DNA of 64,000 bases from the human T2T-CHM13v2.0 reference genome, Homo sapiens, in assembly GCF_009914755.1 (NCBI RefSeq), contig NC_060932.1. The stretch is one strand, 5' to 3'. The notes below the pieces were generated by a model. It had not been told where the DNA came from. It saw only the letters and a list, made by a program, of their open reading frames with translations, and did not search any database. Shown in pieces: positions 28,766-44,128 of this stretch. A program made the position numbers and the translations under genes. Every line of letters begins with the position of its first letter. Positions within the stretch are counted from its first letter, which is position 1.

Positions 28766-29920
28766 TCAGATATAATGAGCTGGGAATTGTTCTTCTCATT
28801 TTGTAGGTGAGAAAATTGAGGTTAAAAGTCAAGCAATTTGCCTAAAGACATACAGCTAGGAAGTGACATTACCTTGCCTCCAACCAGATTATCAATTCCA
28901 GAGTTTAAACTCTGGAATTTCAACTCTTGCTACTGTGCTTTATATAGTTTGATAGCTACCTAGATGTAGATGTATGACATAGAGCATGGACAGAGATAGA
29001 GCTGTAGAGATATACAAATATCATGTATGTATGTATATATATTTATACATGCTATATAAATTAAGCAACTTGCCCTGAAATTCCACAACTATTTTAAGGA
29101 AAAGCTAGGATTAAAACCCTTCAGGACTCCAAGATTCATAAATTCCTTGCATGTTTAAAAATTAGCTTTTGCAACATAATTAATTTGGTTGACATATCTA
29201 AACATCATTTTAGAATTAACTCATAGTTAAACAAGACATTACTGCTTTAGAGTACTTATTTGGTTTGGAAACACATAGAAACAAGTAACAACCTCAGATT
29301 CTAGCATATTGCAAGATGATATTATCAATTATAAATGAATAAATTAAGTCTAACAAACTAGTTTTCTGTAATATTAGCAAAATGTACACGGTCAGCTATC
29401 AACCTGTATTTGCTTAATACAAGTAAAAATATAGGCAATAATGACACATTGGGAGATCTTTCTCCTTAAACTCCTCAGCATTCAAGATCTTTCAAATGCT
29501 GCTCCCAACTCTTCCAGCCTTATCTGCCACTCCCTTCCCACACCCAGTCACACCTCCACCCAGATGGACTTTGCACCCTGAGCTCTCTGGCAGCCAAGCT
29601 CTCACCCCTGCTGCTCTCCCCGCCTGGCACAAGGCCTGGCCCAGAGAAAATGGACAATGGATATTTGCTTAATGAGGTTGGATGGAGATGTTTCCTCATT
29701 TCTGCTTCTCACATCTTACCATCTAAGTTCAACTTAATTATTTAAATAGCAATGAACTACACCACTTCTAGTATGTCCCAGATACCGTGCCAAGAACTGG
29801 GGTACCAAAATAAGGGGTACAGGGTCTATCTTCATGGAGCTAGGACCTAAACCCTACTTCCTTCATGAAATCTTCCTTGATTTCCAGCCAGTCTCTTCCT
29901 CTCAGAGCCAGTTCTGATTG

Positions 29921-29942
29921 ATATATATATATATATATATAT
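29921..29942. repeat. (AT)n microsatellite followed by a T run
   Basis: Direct reading. Confidence 0.9.
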
Positions 29943-31386
29943 TTTTTTTTTATCATTTGTCTGTTAGCATTACTGCCACTATTAAATAAAATCCTTAAGG
30001 GCAGAGGCCTTATTTTTAACTTATCAGGTCTCTTCATACTATCCCTTGCATATATCAAGCCATCATCAGATGTTGGGTAAATTCTAAAACATTTATGATT
30101 ACCTAACATGGATATCTTATTAATTTGTTCTCACCTGTAAGAGCTTTCAATAAACATGATATATTAAAGGAAACTCATTCAACATTCAAAGCTTTATTGT
30201 GTAATACATTTTTATTGTTGATGAAAAGAGTTGTTTCTCCTTTGAATACACTAACAGATTTCTGCTCAGTAAATAACCCAGAACTGGTCGAACTAGATCA
30301 TCTCTTCTTGAACTAATTTTTTTTTTTTTTAACACTTTCAGTCTTCCAGAAAAACACAAGTTAAATGATAGAAAAGCAAATAAAAATAAAAGGAATGCCT
30401 TATTTTGGTCAGATGCTCAGAGAGATCACTGTCTGGGATGTTTCAATGGAACCTAGGAAGTAGAAGGAGAAATGTACTTATCCTTTATTTTGTCATTTAC
30501 ATTTAGGCCTGCCCCTCACCGAGGGTTTCCAGTGGGAAGTAGAAGTCACTGCTTTCCATTGCCACACGTAGGGTGCCATGATTTATTTGAAGACAAATCT
30601 ACCACACCATGCGGTTGTTAGGAGCATAGACCCAGGAGTTAGACTGGCTGGCTTGGGTCTTAACTCCTCCACCGGCTGACTCGTGGCCCTATCTACTCAT
30701 CTATAAAGCAGGGATAATAATAATAATACCTACCTTCGAGAGTTAAGAGATTCAGCGAGTTAATATTTGGAATACTGTTGGCCAAAAATTCATTTTGCCA
30801 CTCACGTTTGCTTAGTCAAAACTGTAAACATTGTCCAACAGGACATTTCTCTTCACAATTCCCAACTTTTGGTGGCCCACTAATGAAAATATTCTAAAAA
30901 CAGCCTACACAGGAACATCCTCACAGCCAAATGAGGCAGCAAGGCAAAGCCTTTACCCGAATGATTCAAGGCAAACTACACTAGTGCTAGGATTATGTCA
31001 AAAGAGGACTTTGGTCTCTCAAACAGGTCCCACCTACACTTCCTCCTTCCATGGACACAATACCATTCAAGTGTGGGGTACCCTGGGTCGCAATGGTGCT
31101 GATGGGAAGCCATCCTTCATCACTGAAATTGCCCGAAACCACCAAGCCAGACACCTAGGTTTCCTCAAAAACACTACTTGGAAAAGAATTGAAATAGATT
31201 TCCAGAGGATTCTGTGGCATTTTATCTGAACTACCTGTAATAATTGGCCAACCGTCTGCGTGGAATTTTTGCCGTTTGTCAGGATTTCCCTCAGATACAA
31301 GGACTAAATTCAGACAGTTACTACAGCAATTATTTGAGAGACCAAGCACACCCTTTGCAACATAGATCAGAGGGTTATTATTATTA

Positions 31387-31388
<2 letters not shown>

Positions 31389-31423
<35 letters not shown>
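31389..31423. repeat. T35 mononucleotide run preceded by (TTA)n
   Basis: Direct reading. Confidence 0.95.
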
Positions 31424-31428
<5 letters not shown>

Positions 31429-32143
31429 AAAAGGAGTTTTGAAAAGAAGGCCTCGGTTCCCAAACTGTGGCTGCCCCTCACCCAATGGGCACCACCATGA
31501 CCACCACTTGCTCAACAGTAGACCAGGGCACCTGCTTGCAGACGGGAACCAGGGCTGCTGGGCTTGCTCTGCAGGAACAGTGCCTCATTTTAATCTACCA
31601 CACAACAGAAGACATGGGAATCCCGCCGCGGCCTGGATCTGCATCCAGCCCGGATAACGACAAAGGCAGCAAACATTGACTGAAAACAATTTGCTGCATG
31701 CACCGATAAGACTTGGTGGTGAAAAACTATCTTGCTGATTTCTCAGAACAACTCTATGGAGCAGATGCTATTATAATATACCTCTTAAAGATGAAATGAA
31801 AAATCAAACGATGAAGACCACAGAAATTAAGAGACTTGCCCAAGGTCACAATGCCAGGCTAATTTTCACTCCCTCTGAAACACAAATATCCTGATGATGA
31901 GACACCAAGTATCATTTAATCCACTACAGATCTTTCCAAAATGTTGAAAAGGTTTTTTCCCCCTACTTTGCAGCTGCTCTTTTTTTCAGATGCTGACATG
32001 ACCTGCCCCGACCTGCCTGGAGGAAAAGGCTGCCTTGGTCTGGGAAGTTTTGTTTCTACTGCAAATGTATCTCTGTGTCTCACTATTTCTCCTCATTTCT
32101 GTGCTTCACCTTAGGAATCTTCCCTTTTTTAAATCAATCCAAA

Positions 32144-32553
32144 TGCTATGGGTAGAATTGTGTCTCCCTCCCCCTCAAAAAGCATATGTTGGAGTCCTAA
32201 CTTCCAAGCACCTCAGAATGTGACTTTATTTGGAGTCTTTACAGAGGTAACGAAGTTAAAATGAGGTTGTTAGAGTGGGCTCTAATCCACAATGACTGAT
32301 GTCCTTCTAAGAAGAGATTTGGAGACAGGCTCATCCACAAAGAAAGAACACTGTGTGAATGTACAGACAGCCATCTACAAGCCAAGGAGAGAGGTGCACA
32401 GAAGATCCTTCCTTCACAGCTCTCAGGAGGAACCAACCCTACTGCCCTCTTGATTTTGGACTTCTGGTCACCAGAACTGAGATGATAAATATCTGCTGTT
32501 TAAGCCTCCCGTTCTGTGGTATTTTGTTAAGGCAGCCCTAGCAAATGAAGACC
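32144..32553 (+). mobile_element. MaLR LTR (MLT1B/C-like)
   Basis: tgctatgggtagaattgtgtc...cctcagaatgtgactttatttgga...ggcagccctagcaaa. Confidence 0.8.
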
Positions 32554-32727
32554 CCATGGAACTTTTGTTTAGCCTGTGCTGCTGTCCCAGGACAGAGGTG
32601 GCCTCACAGGGGGCTCTGCTCAGTCATTAGACACCTAGGGACCCCCCGCATCCCAGCAGCCCACCCAAGGCTTCCTTGATTCTCCCACCAGGCTCCAAGC
32701 TCCCAAGGGGATTAACGGCATTCATTT

Positions 32728-33922
<1,195 letters not shown>

Positions 33923-34960
33923 TGATGTTTAGACGCTCTTGTCATTTACCCATTTATTTGAGTAAGGACAAGGAGTTTCTACGTCCCAGATCTCCAGATT
34001 TACAAGTCAACACATAAGCATTGATTTTTGTCCCCCGTGAAAAAAGCTAAGTGATAGACAAATCTTAGAGTCAGTCATCTCTTATTTATTTATTTTTTAA
34101 AAAGCATGAAGGGCTTTGAATTAAAATAATTCACCTAGCACTAAGGCTGAGCCATGAAGCTTCAAAGAACAAAGAAGTTGCAGAAGGAGAGAGCTACAGA
34201 ATTTGTTTTCAAATATCCTAAGGTAGTGTGGGCAGGAAGGGATGTGACTGGAATTCATAACACCACCAGGACCAAACAGTGCCAAATATCCTGTGAGCCA
34301 TTTATTTTTCCTCCTCACTGTATATTGCTAAGAGCGGCATAAATTATAAGGCAAGGCCAGATAGATATAAAGATCAGATGAAAATCTCGCCCAAACCATT
34401 TTTCATCGATTAATGTTCAGATCTGCCACGCCCATCTTTTTGGTCTGGCTCACAGATCTCTGGCACCAATTGCATCACTCAAGGTTTAGAGAACCGCAGA
34501 AGCATCTGACCAATTTGCACTTTTGACAAATTAAGGACCCAATTAAAGTGGCCATTAATAAGCTAGAAACAAGCAGACAGGTATAAATCTGGGCTTCTGC
34601 CTCACACTTCAAACAGATTACTCCACATGGGGAGGGAATGGGCAGCTGGATGATTTGTTTTTAGAGCAGAGAGGAAGACAGGGAAGAAGGAAGGAAAGGA
34701 GGGAGGGAGGGATGAACATACATACATAAACATAAGCCCAGCTTTCTGTCACTAAACTCTGTAATATAGATATGCCAATCTTTCAGTATATGAAAATCTG
34801 GATTTACACACATGCAAAATTAGAGGTGATGATTTGTTCTACCAATAGGTTCATGATAGGGAAGATGGGCTCACGGGAGGCTAAATGGTCCCCTGGAGAA
34901 CTTAAAATGGTTTAGATTGATATAATCAATTATAATACACATTACTAGCATAATTATTCT

Positions 34961-35527
34961 TTTTTTAAAAAATGTTTGTCTCACTTTTTCTTTTTTTAAA
35001 AATTTTACTTTAAGTTCTGGGATACATGTGCAGAACATGCAGGTTTGTTATATAGGTATAGACGTGCCATGGTGGTTTGCTGCACCCATCAACCCGTCAT
35101 TTAGGTTTTAGCCCCACATGCATTAGGGATTTGTCCTAATACTCTCCCTCTGCTTGCCTCCCACCCCAGGACAGGCCCCGATGTGTGATGTTCCCCTGTG
35201 TCATGTGTTCTCATTGTTAACTCCCCCTTATGAGTGAGAACATGCAGGGTTTGGTTTTCTGTTCCTGTGTTAGTTTGCTGAGAATGATGGTTCCCAGCTT
35301 CATCCATGTCCCTGAAAAGGACATGAAATCATTCTTTTTTATGGCTGCATAGTATTCCATGGTGTATATGTGCCACATTTTCTTAATCCAGTCTATCATT
35401 GATGGGCATTTTGGTTGGCTCCAAGTCTTTGCTATTGTAAATAGTGCTGCAATAAACACACGTGTACATGTGTCTTTATAGTAGAATGATTTATAATCCT
35501 TTGGGTATATACCCAGTAATGGGATTA
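34961..35527 (-). mobile_element. 5'-truncated L1PA (L1PA7/8-like) 3' end
   Basis: ORF2 C-terminus IPLLGIYPKDYKSFYYKDTCT...KKMWHIYTMEYYAAIKK. TSD attactagcataattattct at 34941-34960 and 35524-35543. Confidence 0.93.
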
Positions 35528-35800
35528 CTAGCATAATTATTCTTATTAAAGAAAAGAATAACAAGTTCCAAGAAATATTTGAGAGAGGTGTCATGTTGTT
35601 CCTGGTTGGCTTTTGTTCCCCCAGTGCTCCCCAAGACAGAGCAAGGGAAGGATCAGCTGGGGAGAAGAGGCCTCTCCTCCAAGTCTCCCAAAACATCCCA
35701 GCATTGAATGGAAGGGGGGCCAGAGCAGTCACAGGAAAGGGAGCCACTGACCTAGGGACAACAGTGACTGTCCCACCAGGGCACTTGCCTGATGTTGTAA

Positions 35801-35930
35801 CCCATTTATACCTGAGGTTGCAATTTTTTGAATTTTTGCAATCAGACCTTGACGATGACCTTGTGCAGAAGGATATAAATAACTCCCACATGCTTAGTGT
35901 TCCAATAATGGAACACTAGGCATAAATGGG
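35801..35930 (-). mobile_element. MER85 (piggyBac PGBD3-derived MITE)
   Basis: TIRs cccatttatacct / aggcataaatggg. Flanks gtaa and tttt(aa) are decayed TTAA. Internal palindrome gttccaataatggaac at 35899-35914. Confidence 0.9.
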
Positions 35931-37428
35931 TTTTAAGCAGGTAGCCAGGAAGAATTTCAGCATTGACTTCCCTCACGTGTGCAGCTATATACCCGCAAAA
36001 ACCCTAGAAGGTGGCAGGGGGAGACCCTTTCTCCCCCAGATCTAGCAGAACAATATCACAAGCATCTTCCCTGGACTAAAGAGGAGGACTGGAATCACTA
36101 TTTCTCATAAAGGGTGGCTTGACTTTTTTTTTGACAAAGTGTTTCTTTATGTATTACACAACATTTCTTTATGTAATATAAAGTTTACGGATGAGCATTT
36201 TGTCAAGATAATAAAGCAACACATCCTGGCCTTAGAAATTCAGTAGGAAGTAAATCTAAATTAGGTTCCATCCCATAGGATTTAGACACTGAAGGATCGA
36301 AAGAAAGAAAGAAAAGAGAAGAGAAGAGAAAGAAAAATACTCTAATACCAGTTCATTTGCAAAGTGACCCAAGGCAGGAATTTTAATGCCAAGAATGTGC
36401 AGTCATGCTTAAGTATGGCAGGTTCACTTTCCAATTTCTGTAATTAAATCGTAACTGACAACTGGGATGGGTAGGAGAGGAAGGGAAAATAAATTTAATT
36501 CTGCTTAATAAAAGGTGCCAGACCACGATGAAATCTCATTCATGAATTGTTTTTTTTTTTAATCATTGGAATTGTTTTAAAAAATAGCAAATGCTCAACA
36601 AATGCAAGCTAAGTTAAACACTTTAGACAACTTACTTGAACAACACAATCATATAATGTGGGTCCTGTTGTTATCCCACAGAGCAGGAAACTGATGCTTA
36701 GAGCGCTTGAGGAAGTGGTGTGAATGCAGGGGCCAAGCACCAAGCCACTCTGCTAGATGGCCTCTTGGTGAGGAAGAGAACTCATCTCTAGCTTAGATGT
36801 TAAGGGAACAAATCTACCATTTCCATTCTCCTCGTCCGTCACTTAAGAACAAGTCCTAATATTTTTAAGTAATAAGTATATGGTCAAAAATGAATAACTC
36901 AGAAATATCATGAATGAGAGAATTCCATGTCAGTCTTACAGAATATTTGAAGAGAAATTTTCTTTGTACCACATACACAAAAATCAAGCATAGCTTAGCT
37001 TGTTACGTATTGCTTAAGTGAAAAAAAAAAAAATCAACTTTAGTGTAGTTAATACCTCAGCCACTAGGGGAATATCTGCTTTTATTAAGTTAATATTTCT
37101 TGTACCTAAGTAAACATTCCTTCTTCTTCCTGTCTGTTCTTACAAGTAACAAATAAGTAGATAGGTATTCCCTTAAAATTCTGTGTGTCTTTCTTTGGAT
37201 AATCAACGAGCAGTTACAGAACAACTAGCCCCATTCTAAATCTGATACCAGAGATTTCTGAATCAATGCAATTTTATGTCAGATCTATACATCTCTACCC
37301 ATGTGAACCAGCTTCTGTTCAAGCACTGTTTGTCGGCCTCCAGAGCAAGGAGCATGACAATGCCCAGCTTTCCTCCTCAGAGCTGTTGCTGTTAATGTGG
37401 AAGAAAAATGAGGGACACATCCTTCTAG

Positions 37429-37798
<370 letters not shown>

Positions 37799-39335
37799 AT
37801 ATTTTGCCTTTTGTATGAGAAAGGAGGAGGTACCGGAAATGTAACCTTCACCTTGAACAGTGATGACTTTTTTCAGGGGTCATCTGGGTGAGTTTCAAAG
37901 GATGCCCCACCTGCACCTCACCCAAAGACTTATATGGGAACCATGAGAGGGGCTTTAAAATGCTATATATATAGCAAAACCAATAGTTTTATTATTCTCA
38001 TATTTTTGAATCCTACTTCCTGAACATAGAATTAGTTCCTCTCTTGCATAATGGTAGATGCTATTTTTATGGCATCACTGATTTTTTTCTTATTTTTCTA
38101 AAGAATGAAACAAAAATTTCTCAATTCATCCTGAGTCACCTACTTGAACTTTCTCATGGAACAGAGCGCTAACATTCACTGGATGTGTACCATGCACCAA
38201 GCAACATAGTAAGCTCTTTACCTACTTATCTAATTTACTTCTCACAACTACCTAGTTAGGCAAGTCTCTAGTGGCAGCTCTCTGTTCTGTGCCCACAGGT
38301 TGGAAAATGATGAAACTGGCCTAACCCATTTGGCCAACCCTGAAGACTCATATGGCCCCGTAACTCACTAGAAACCCTCTCTCAGTAAAGGACTCGCTTT
38401 GTTTCCTGGTGAGAGCTGAATAGCATTCATCTTCCTTTCATCTAAACATGTGTTTTTTCTTCTTCTTTCAAATAATGCCTCATTTGCTATTTAAGCTTTT
38501 GAAGAAAAATAAAGACAAGAAAATATTAGAGAAGGCACTGTCCTTCCAATCTGCTGCTTGGCATCCCCTACCACAGAGGGCATCTGTCCCTATAAAGTCA
38601 CCTGTCATAAAAGACCAAGACAGAGGCAAATATCGGACCATTGAAGATACCAATAAGCTGTGTGTGGCTTAACATAAAAATAACCACACATTAGCAGGTG
38701 GTAACTCCACCACCAAGGCCAAAAGCAGCCCAGGAAGCTGATTAACACGCACATCAGCCTCTTCTCTCACTTGTGAAGGCAGGTCTGTCTGTCTTCAATT
38801 CTTATTCTAGTACTTTTACAAAAAGACTTTTCTTCTTCTCTGCATGTTCCCTCCCTTGCTGTGTCCTAGACAATTCTAAGAATCCCAAATTGAATCTCAT
38901 TCTCTGAGAAGTAGATAGAATGACATGCTTTTTGAGAATGTGATTCCAACCCCAATTTCTAGAATACAAGAGCCCTAGAGCATCTTAAGACCAGGGACTT
39001 TTATATACTCATCACAAAGAATGGATGTGATACTTGTTTAAACATCAGAGAACTCAATTTCCCCTTTAATTCCACTGCCAAGCTTGATTTCACTGCAGCC
39101 ACTTCATCAAATGAATTTATAAAATATGGACCAATGAAAAGAAACTACAAAAAAAAATTGTGCTCCATAAGCAAAACTTGTCATGCCAGCAACAAATTTC
39201 CCTTCTCCGCATCTGCATAGCCCACCTCAAGGAACAAATTTGTCAAGCAACTTTTTAAGTGCCCTCCCCCTCCATCTACTTTGTCCTTCTGGAATAAATA
39301 CGTTACTGACACAGTTAAGACATGTCAGCCCTTAC

Positions 39336-39440
39336 CTTTCTGTAAGTCACAAAATGGTGGTTAAAAGTCCTTTTCTTCCATTCAGTGGTCGAGACTCTTG
39401 CTACGACTGGAGTATCTCCCCCGGGAACACTCCCTCTTCC
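39336..39440 (-). other. CDH17: CDH17 proximal non-coding exon 1 (5' end approximate)
   Basis: Strong donor AAAG|GTAAG at 39334-39335. Sequence agggagtgttcccgggggagatactccagtcgtagcaagagtctcgaccactgaatgg... matches the CDH17 mRNA 5'UTR as I recall it. Confidence 0.88.
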
Positions 39441-39650
39441 CTGCTTTGCCTCCCAGCCTCTCCCTTCAGCTTCAGTCAAACATTAACCATTAACATTTTT
39501 TATTGCTCTTCGAGAGCCACTGGGTATCATAAAAAGTGTCATTACTTTTACTCCAGGAAAGAAATGACTTTGTATAAAAGAAGTTTAACTTACATCTAAT
39601 CCATCTCAAAACAGGTTGCTACATTTTTCAATGTAGATGAGTCAATGAAA
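39441..39650 (-). promoter_or_regulatory. CDH17: CDH17 proximal promoter with HNF1-like, FOXA-like, two CDX-like and one AP-1 motif
   Basis: TGTTTGAC (39475-39482, minus), GTTAATGGTTAAT (39482-39494, minus), TTTATTGC (39499-39506), ATCATAAAA (39526-39534), TGAGTCA (39638-39644). No canonical TATA box seen. CDH17 is an established CDX2/HNF1A target. Confidence 0.8.
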
Positions 39651-41074
39651 AGACAAGAAGTTAGAGTGGAAAAGTTTTTGTGTATCCAACTATCTCTAGA
39701 GTGTGAGGTTCATGACATCAAAGACTTTCCATATTTTGTACCCCCAACACTTAGCACAGGAGACTTGATCAGCAAATATTTATGTAGATTCCATCTCAAA
39801 CACAAAAGACGGAGCAGGGGCGCCATGTCTGAGCAATGACACAGTTCATTGATAACCAGCCACATGAGATATCATAAATGACTCAGAAGACATGAGGAAA
39901 GACACAATATGGCTGTGCCTGCTTTTGAAATCCAAGGGTCCCTTCCAAAGTCTGCAAGAAACAACCGATAGCAAATTTCCCCCAAACACAAACCAAGTCC
40001 TTTTTTCTCCCCCACAATTCAGGGAATGGATTTACCTAGGAACAACTTATTTTTCCCCAATCAAAATGAGGTTTTTGATTAACCAATAAAAGCCAATGCC
40101 CCCAGATTTCTCAAGTCAAGGCTTCTTTTAGACCAATTCCTGATTTCCACACTTTGGTCACTCTGGGAATCCACACTGAAGGTGAGCATCAATGTCATGT
40201 CTGTGTCTGGTGTGTTACACTTGGCCCTGTTTCTGTGGACCTTCTCATGTTCATTTCTTGGCTTCTCCTGAGCTGAGGTTGTGTTTTCCATTCCTCTCCA
40301 GGTGTGCATCTGACAGAGGGAAAGCAAGAGAGCCCAGCCCACTCTCTAGAAGGGCTCCCTCCTTTCCAGATTTCATGAGAAGGTTTCATGAGTGCTCTAA
40401 GCCACTGTGGGAATAGACCTCATTTATCCTGAGGACCCTGCAAGTGAAACCATCTAGTTGCATGCCAGCTGTTAACATCCTTGGTGGACTGGTGGGTTCA
40501 GCAAAGGCCCTTCTTGCTTTGTCCCACAGCCAGCATCACTCATTTAGAAGAATGAGGTTATTGAGGCTAAGCACTTCTCACATTCTTCACACCTCTGCCC
40601 TCCCATTAGCTGAATAAAGTGTGCTTGTTCTACAAAATCAAATCGCTTCCACTTGCCACATGTTTCAGTTCCTGGAATCAAGGGCAAGCATCTCATCACA
40701 CAGCATTGTTCATAAAGAAGTTTGGGTCTTCTTTGAAAATTTTAAAATAATAAAGTGCTTTTAAATTTATGAGTTTTTTTTTTCAAAAATAAAGTGCACA
40801 TGTATCATTTATAGTCATTGTTTTTCAGCAACAATAACAATGTTCGTGACATGTTGGTATATCAATTAAAATTCTGTTTTCTCATTTAGCATGTCTGCAA
40901 AGTAGATTCCAGTTTATAGACAGAAAATGGGGACACAGAGAAGTTTTATTTCTTGTCTAAGTCACACAGCCTTTGACTACAGAATCGGGACTGCAACCCT
41001 GTTCTGATTCAAATCCCATCCTATTCACTACAGCTATAGACTCTGCCAGATTTTTTTCCTTCCAGCTTTATGCG

Positions 41075-41077
<3 letters not shown>

Positions 41078-41109
<32 letters not shown>
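41078..41109. repeat. A32 mononucleotide run
   Basis: Direct reading; no adjacent Alu or L1 body recognised. Confidence 0.95.
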
Positions 41110-41113
<4 letters not shown>

Positions 41114-41594
41114 AAGGGCAGAAATCCCTGCATGAGCCCATTCCTGTTGGAAGATGGCCAAGTTCCGAAATGGGGTTCCTCTGTACATCACTTGCTATCT
41201 CTAGCCCCCAGCTTCCAGCTCAAAGAATTAGGTTAATTAAACACTGAAAATGCCTAAACCACCCATCAGAGAAATTAACAGGTGATTATTGCATTTCTGA
41301 ATTACAGAAGCTATTTCTGTACTGTGGGATACCAGGTTAACAAGATTCTGAGAGCTGTTCATATATTCCTTACATGGTTTAGACATCCTTCCAGATTAAA
41401 TCCAAATGTTAAGAATGTGCACGTTTCAGGTAGCCACCACTGCATTTTAGGAACTCATTTTCATGAAAAGTGAGACATTGCTGGTTCAATAGACTTGCTA
41501 ATAATAGGAATAAGGAAAATGTAATTGATAAATATTACTGATTTAATTTTCCAAAGCAAAGGAGGTATGATTTATAGGATGAAAACAACTGAAG

Positions 41595-41940
<346 letters not shown>

Positions 41941-42159
41941 TCACAGCTTCATGGTGGTGAAAACATTTCAACGCTTTTGTCTATAATGTTTTAAGCATTC
42001 CTCCAATATTATCCCTAGAAAATACAAATGTCCATAAATAAGTAATTAATTTATGGACATTTGTAAGAAAGTCTAGATAGCCTCCCAGACAAAAAAGTTA
42101 TGAAAACTTGGAATTATTCCTAAAAGTCAAAGCATGTTACATTTCTAATATTTATATTC

Positions 42160-42467
<308 letters not shown>

Positions 42468-43014
42468 TATTTTTATTCTTTAAAACTCAAAATGAAATCT
42501 ATGAGTGGTAAATTTCTCAATTTTTCAAGTACTTGCATTTTATGTTCTTTATGTGTTACATACTACACATTCAGAATATTTTATCATGAGTCCATCAACA
42601 CACAACCCTCACCTAACAGAAGTGTAAAATAATATTTTAATTACTTAATATCTATCTTGCTCTGTTAACTTGATGATGGCAGAAACTTTGTCTTCAATTA
42701 GTACTCAATAAGTACTTCTTAGGACTCAACTCCATTCAGTTATTTAATTCAATAATTCTAAATAGTCATGATTACCTGCAGGCTCAACCAAGGCCAATAG
42801 GAACCCAGAAAAGCAAATAATTTTGAACCCCCTGAAACCTAGAGTTCACAGTTTTTGTTCCACATTTATTTAGTGGAATGAAGTGAAACTAATTTTCTGC
42901 TAGTCATTGTTTTAGGCTGAAGCAGAATCTTTCTTAACTACTTTTGCTGGCCAGGACAGAGTCCATTTTCTGATAAATTTAAGCAAAACAGGTCTTACTT
43001 CCATGTAGCTCTTA

Positions 43015-43307
<293 letters not shown>

Positions 43308-43859
43308 TGAGTTTGGGTTTGGGGTTTTTGTTTGGAGGCTTCTCTGTTGTTGAGTTTTTTTTTTTTTGGCAGTTTTCCAAACCAGAACACTTGAGAGAAT
43401 TATCACAAGATTTAAAACTTAGATAACAAAATGAATCACTAGTTCTAAGTAAGAAACACTGAATCATACATAATGCTGTTTAAAAAATCTTAGCTGACAG
43501 CCACCTTGCGATATTCTGAAAAATATTTAAGGAAGATAGTTTGAGGTTAGTAAAGATTTTCTTCCCCACTATCTACTCTGACAGAAGTGGACCCACTTTG
43601 TACTTTGTTTATTCCAGGAAGATTTTTAACTTCATCTATAGATGCTGGCTCCAAGCAACTGCCCAGCAGGCGGGGCCCTCAATCTGGCTCCAGCTACGCA
43701 TGCCATGAAGTGGCTGGAGAATCTCATGAATGGGATGGCTAGTAAGTATTCACATCATCAGTTGTACATTGGACAAATGCCTTCCAGGTCTTTCCAAACT
43801 GGAGTTCACTAAAACTGGGGCTTACACTATGAAATCCTGGTTCAGGGTATGTCCCTGGG

Positions 43860-44128
43860 TCCCTTGCTCTGTTGCCCAAGCTAGACTGCAGCATGTAATC
43901 ATGGCTCACTGCAGCCTCGACTTCCTGGGCGTAAGTCATCCTCCTGCCTCAGCCTCCAAAGTAGCTAGGACTACAGGCAAGTGCCACCACACCAGCTAAT
44001 TTTAAAATTTTTTGTAGAGATAGGTTCTATGTTGCTCAGGCTGCTCTTGAACTCCTGAGCTCAAGTGATTCTCCTGCCTCGGTCTCCCAAAGTGCTGGTA
44101 TTACAGATGTGAGCCACCATGCCTGGCT
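43860..44128 (-). mobile_element. AluJ-like inside a MER5-like remnant
   Basis: Diverged antisense Alu; flanks resemble MER5 ends. Confidence 0.85.

Noticed and set aside
30831-31679. Consecutive 132-aa and 137-aa plus-strand ORFs
   Set aside because: Non-ATG starts, one runs through the T35 tract (poly-Phe), and there are no recognisable domains.
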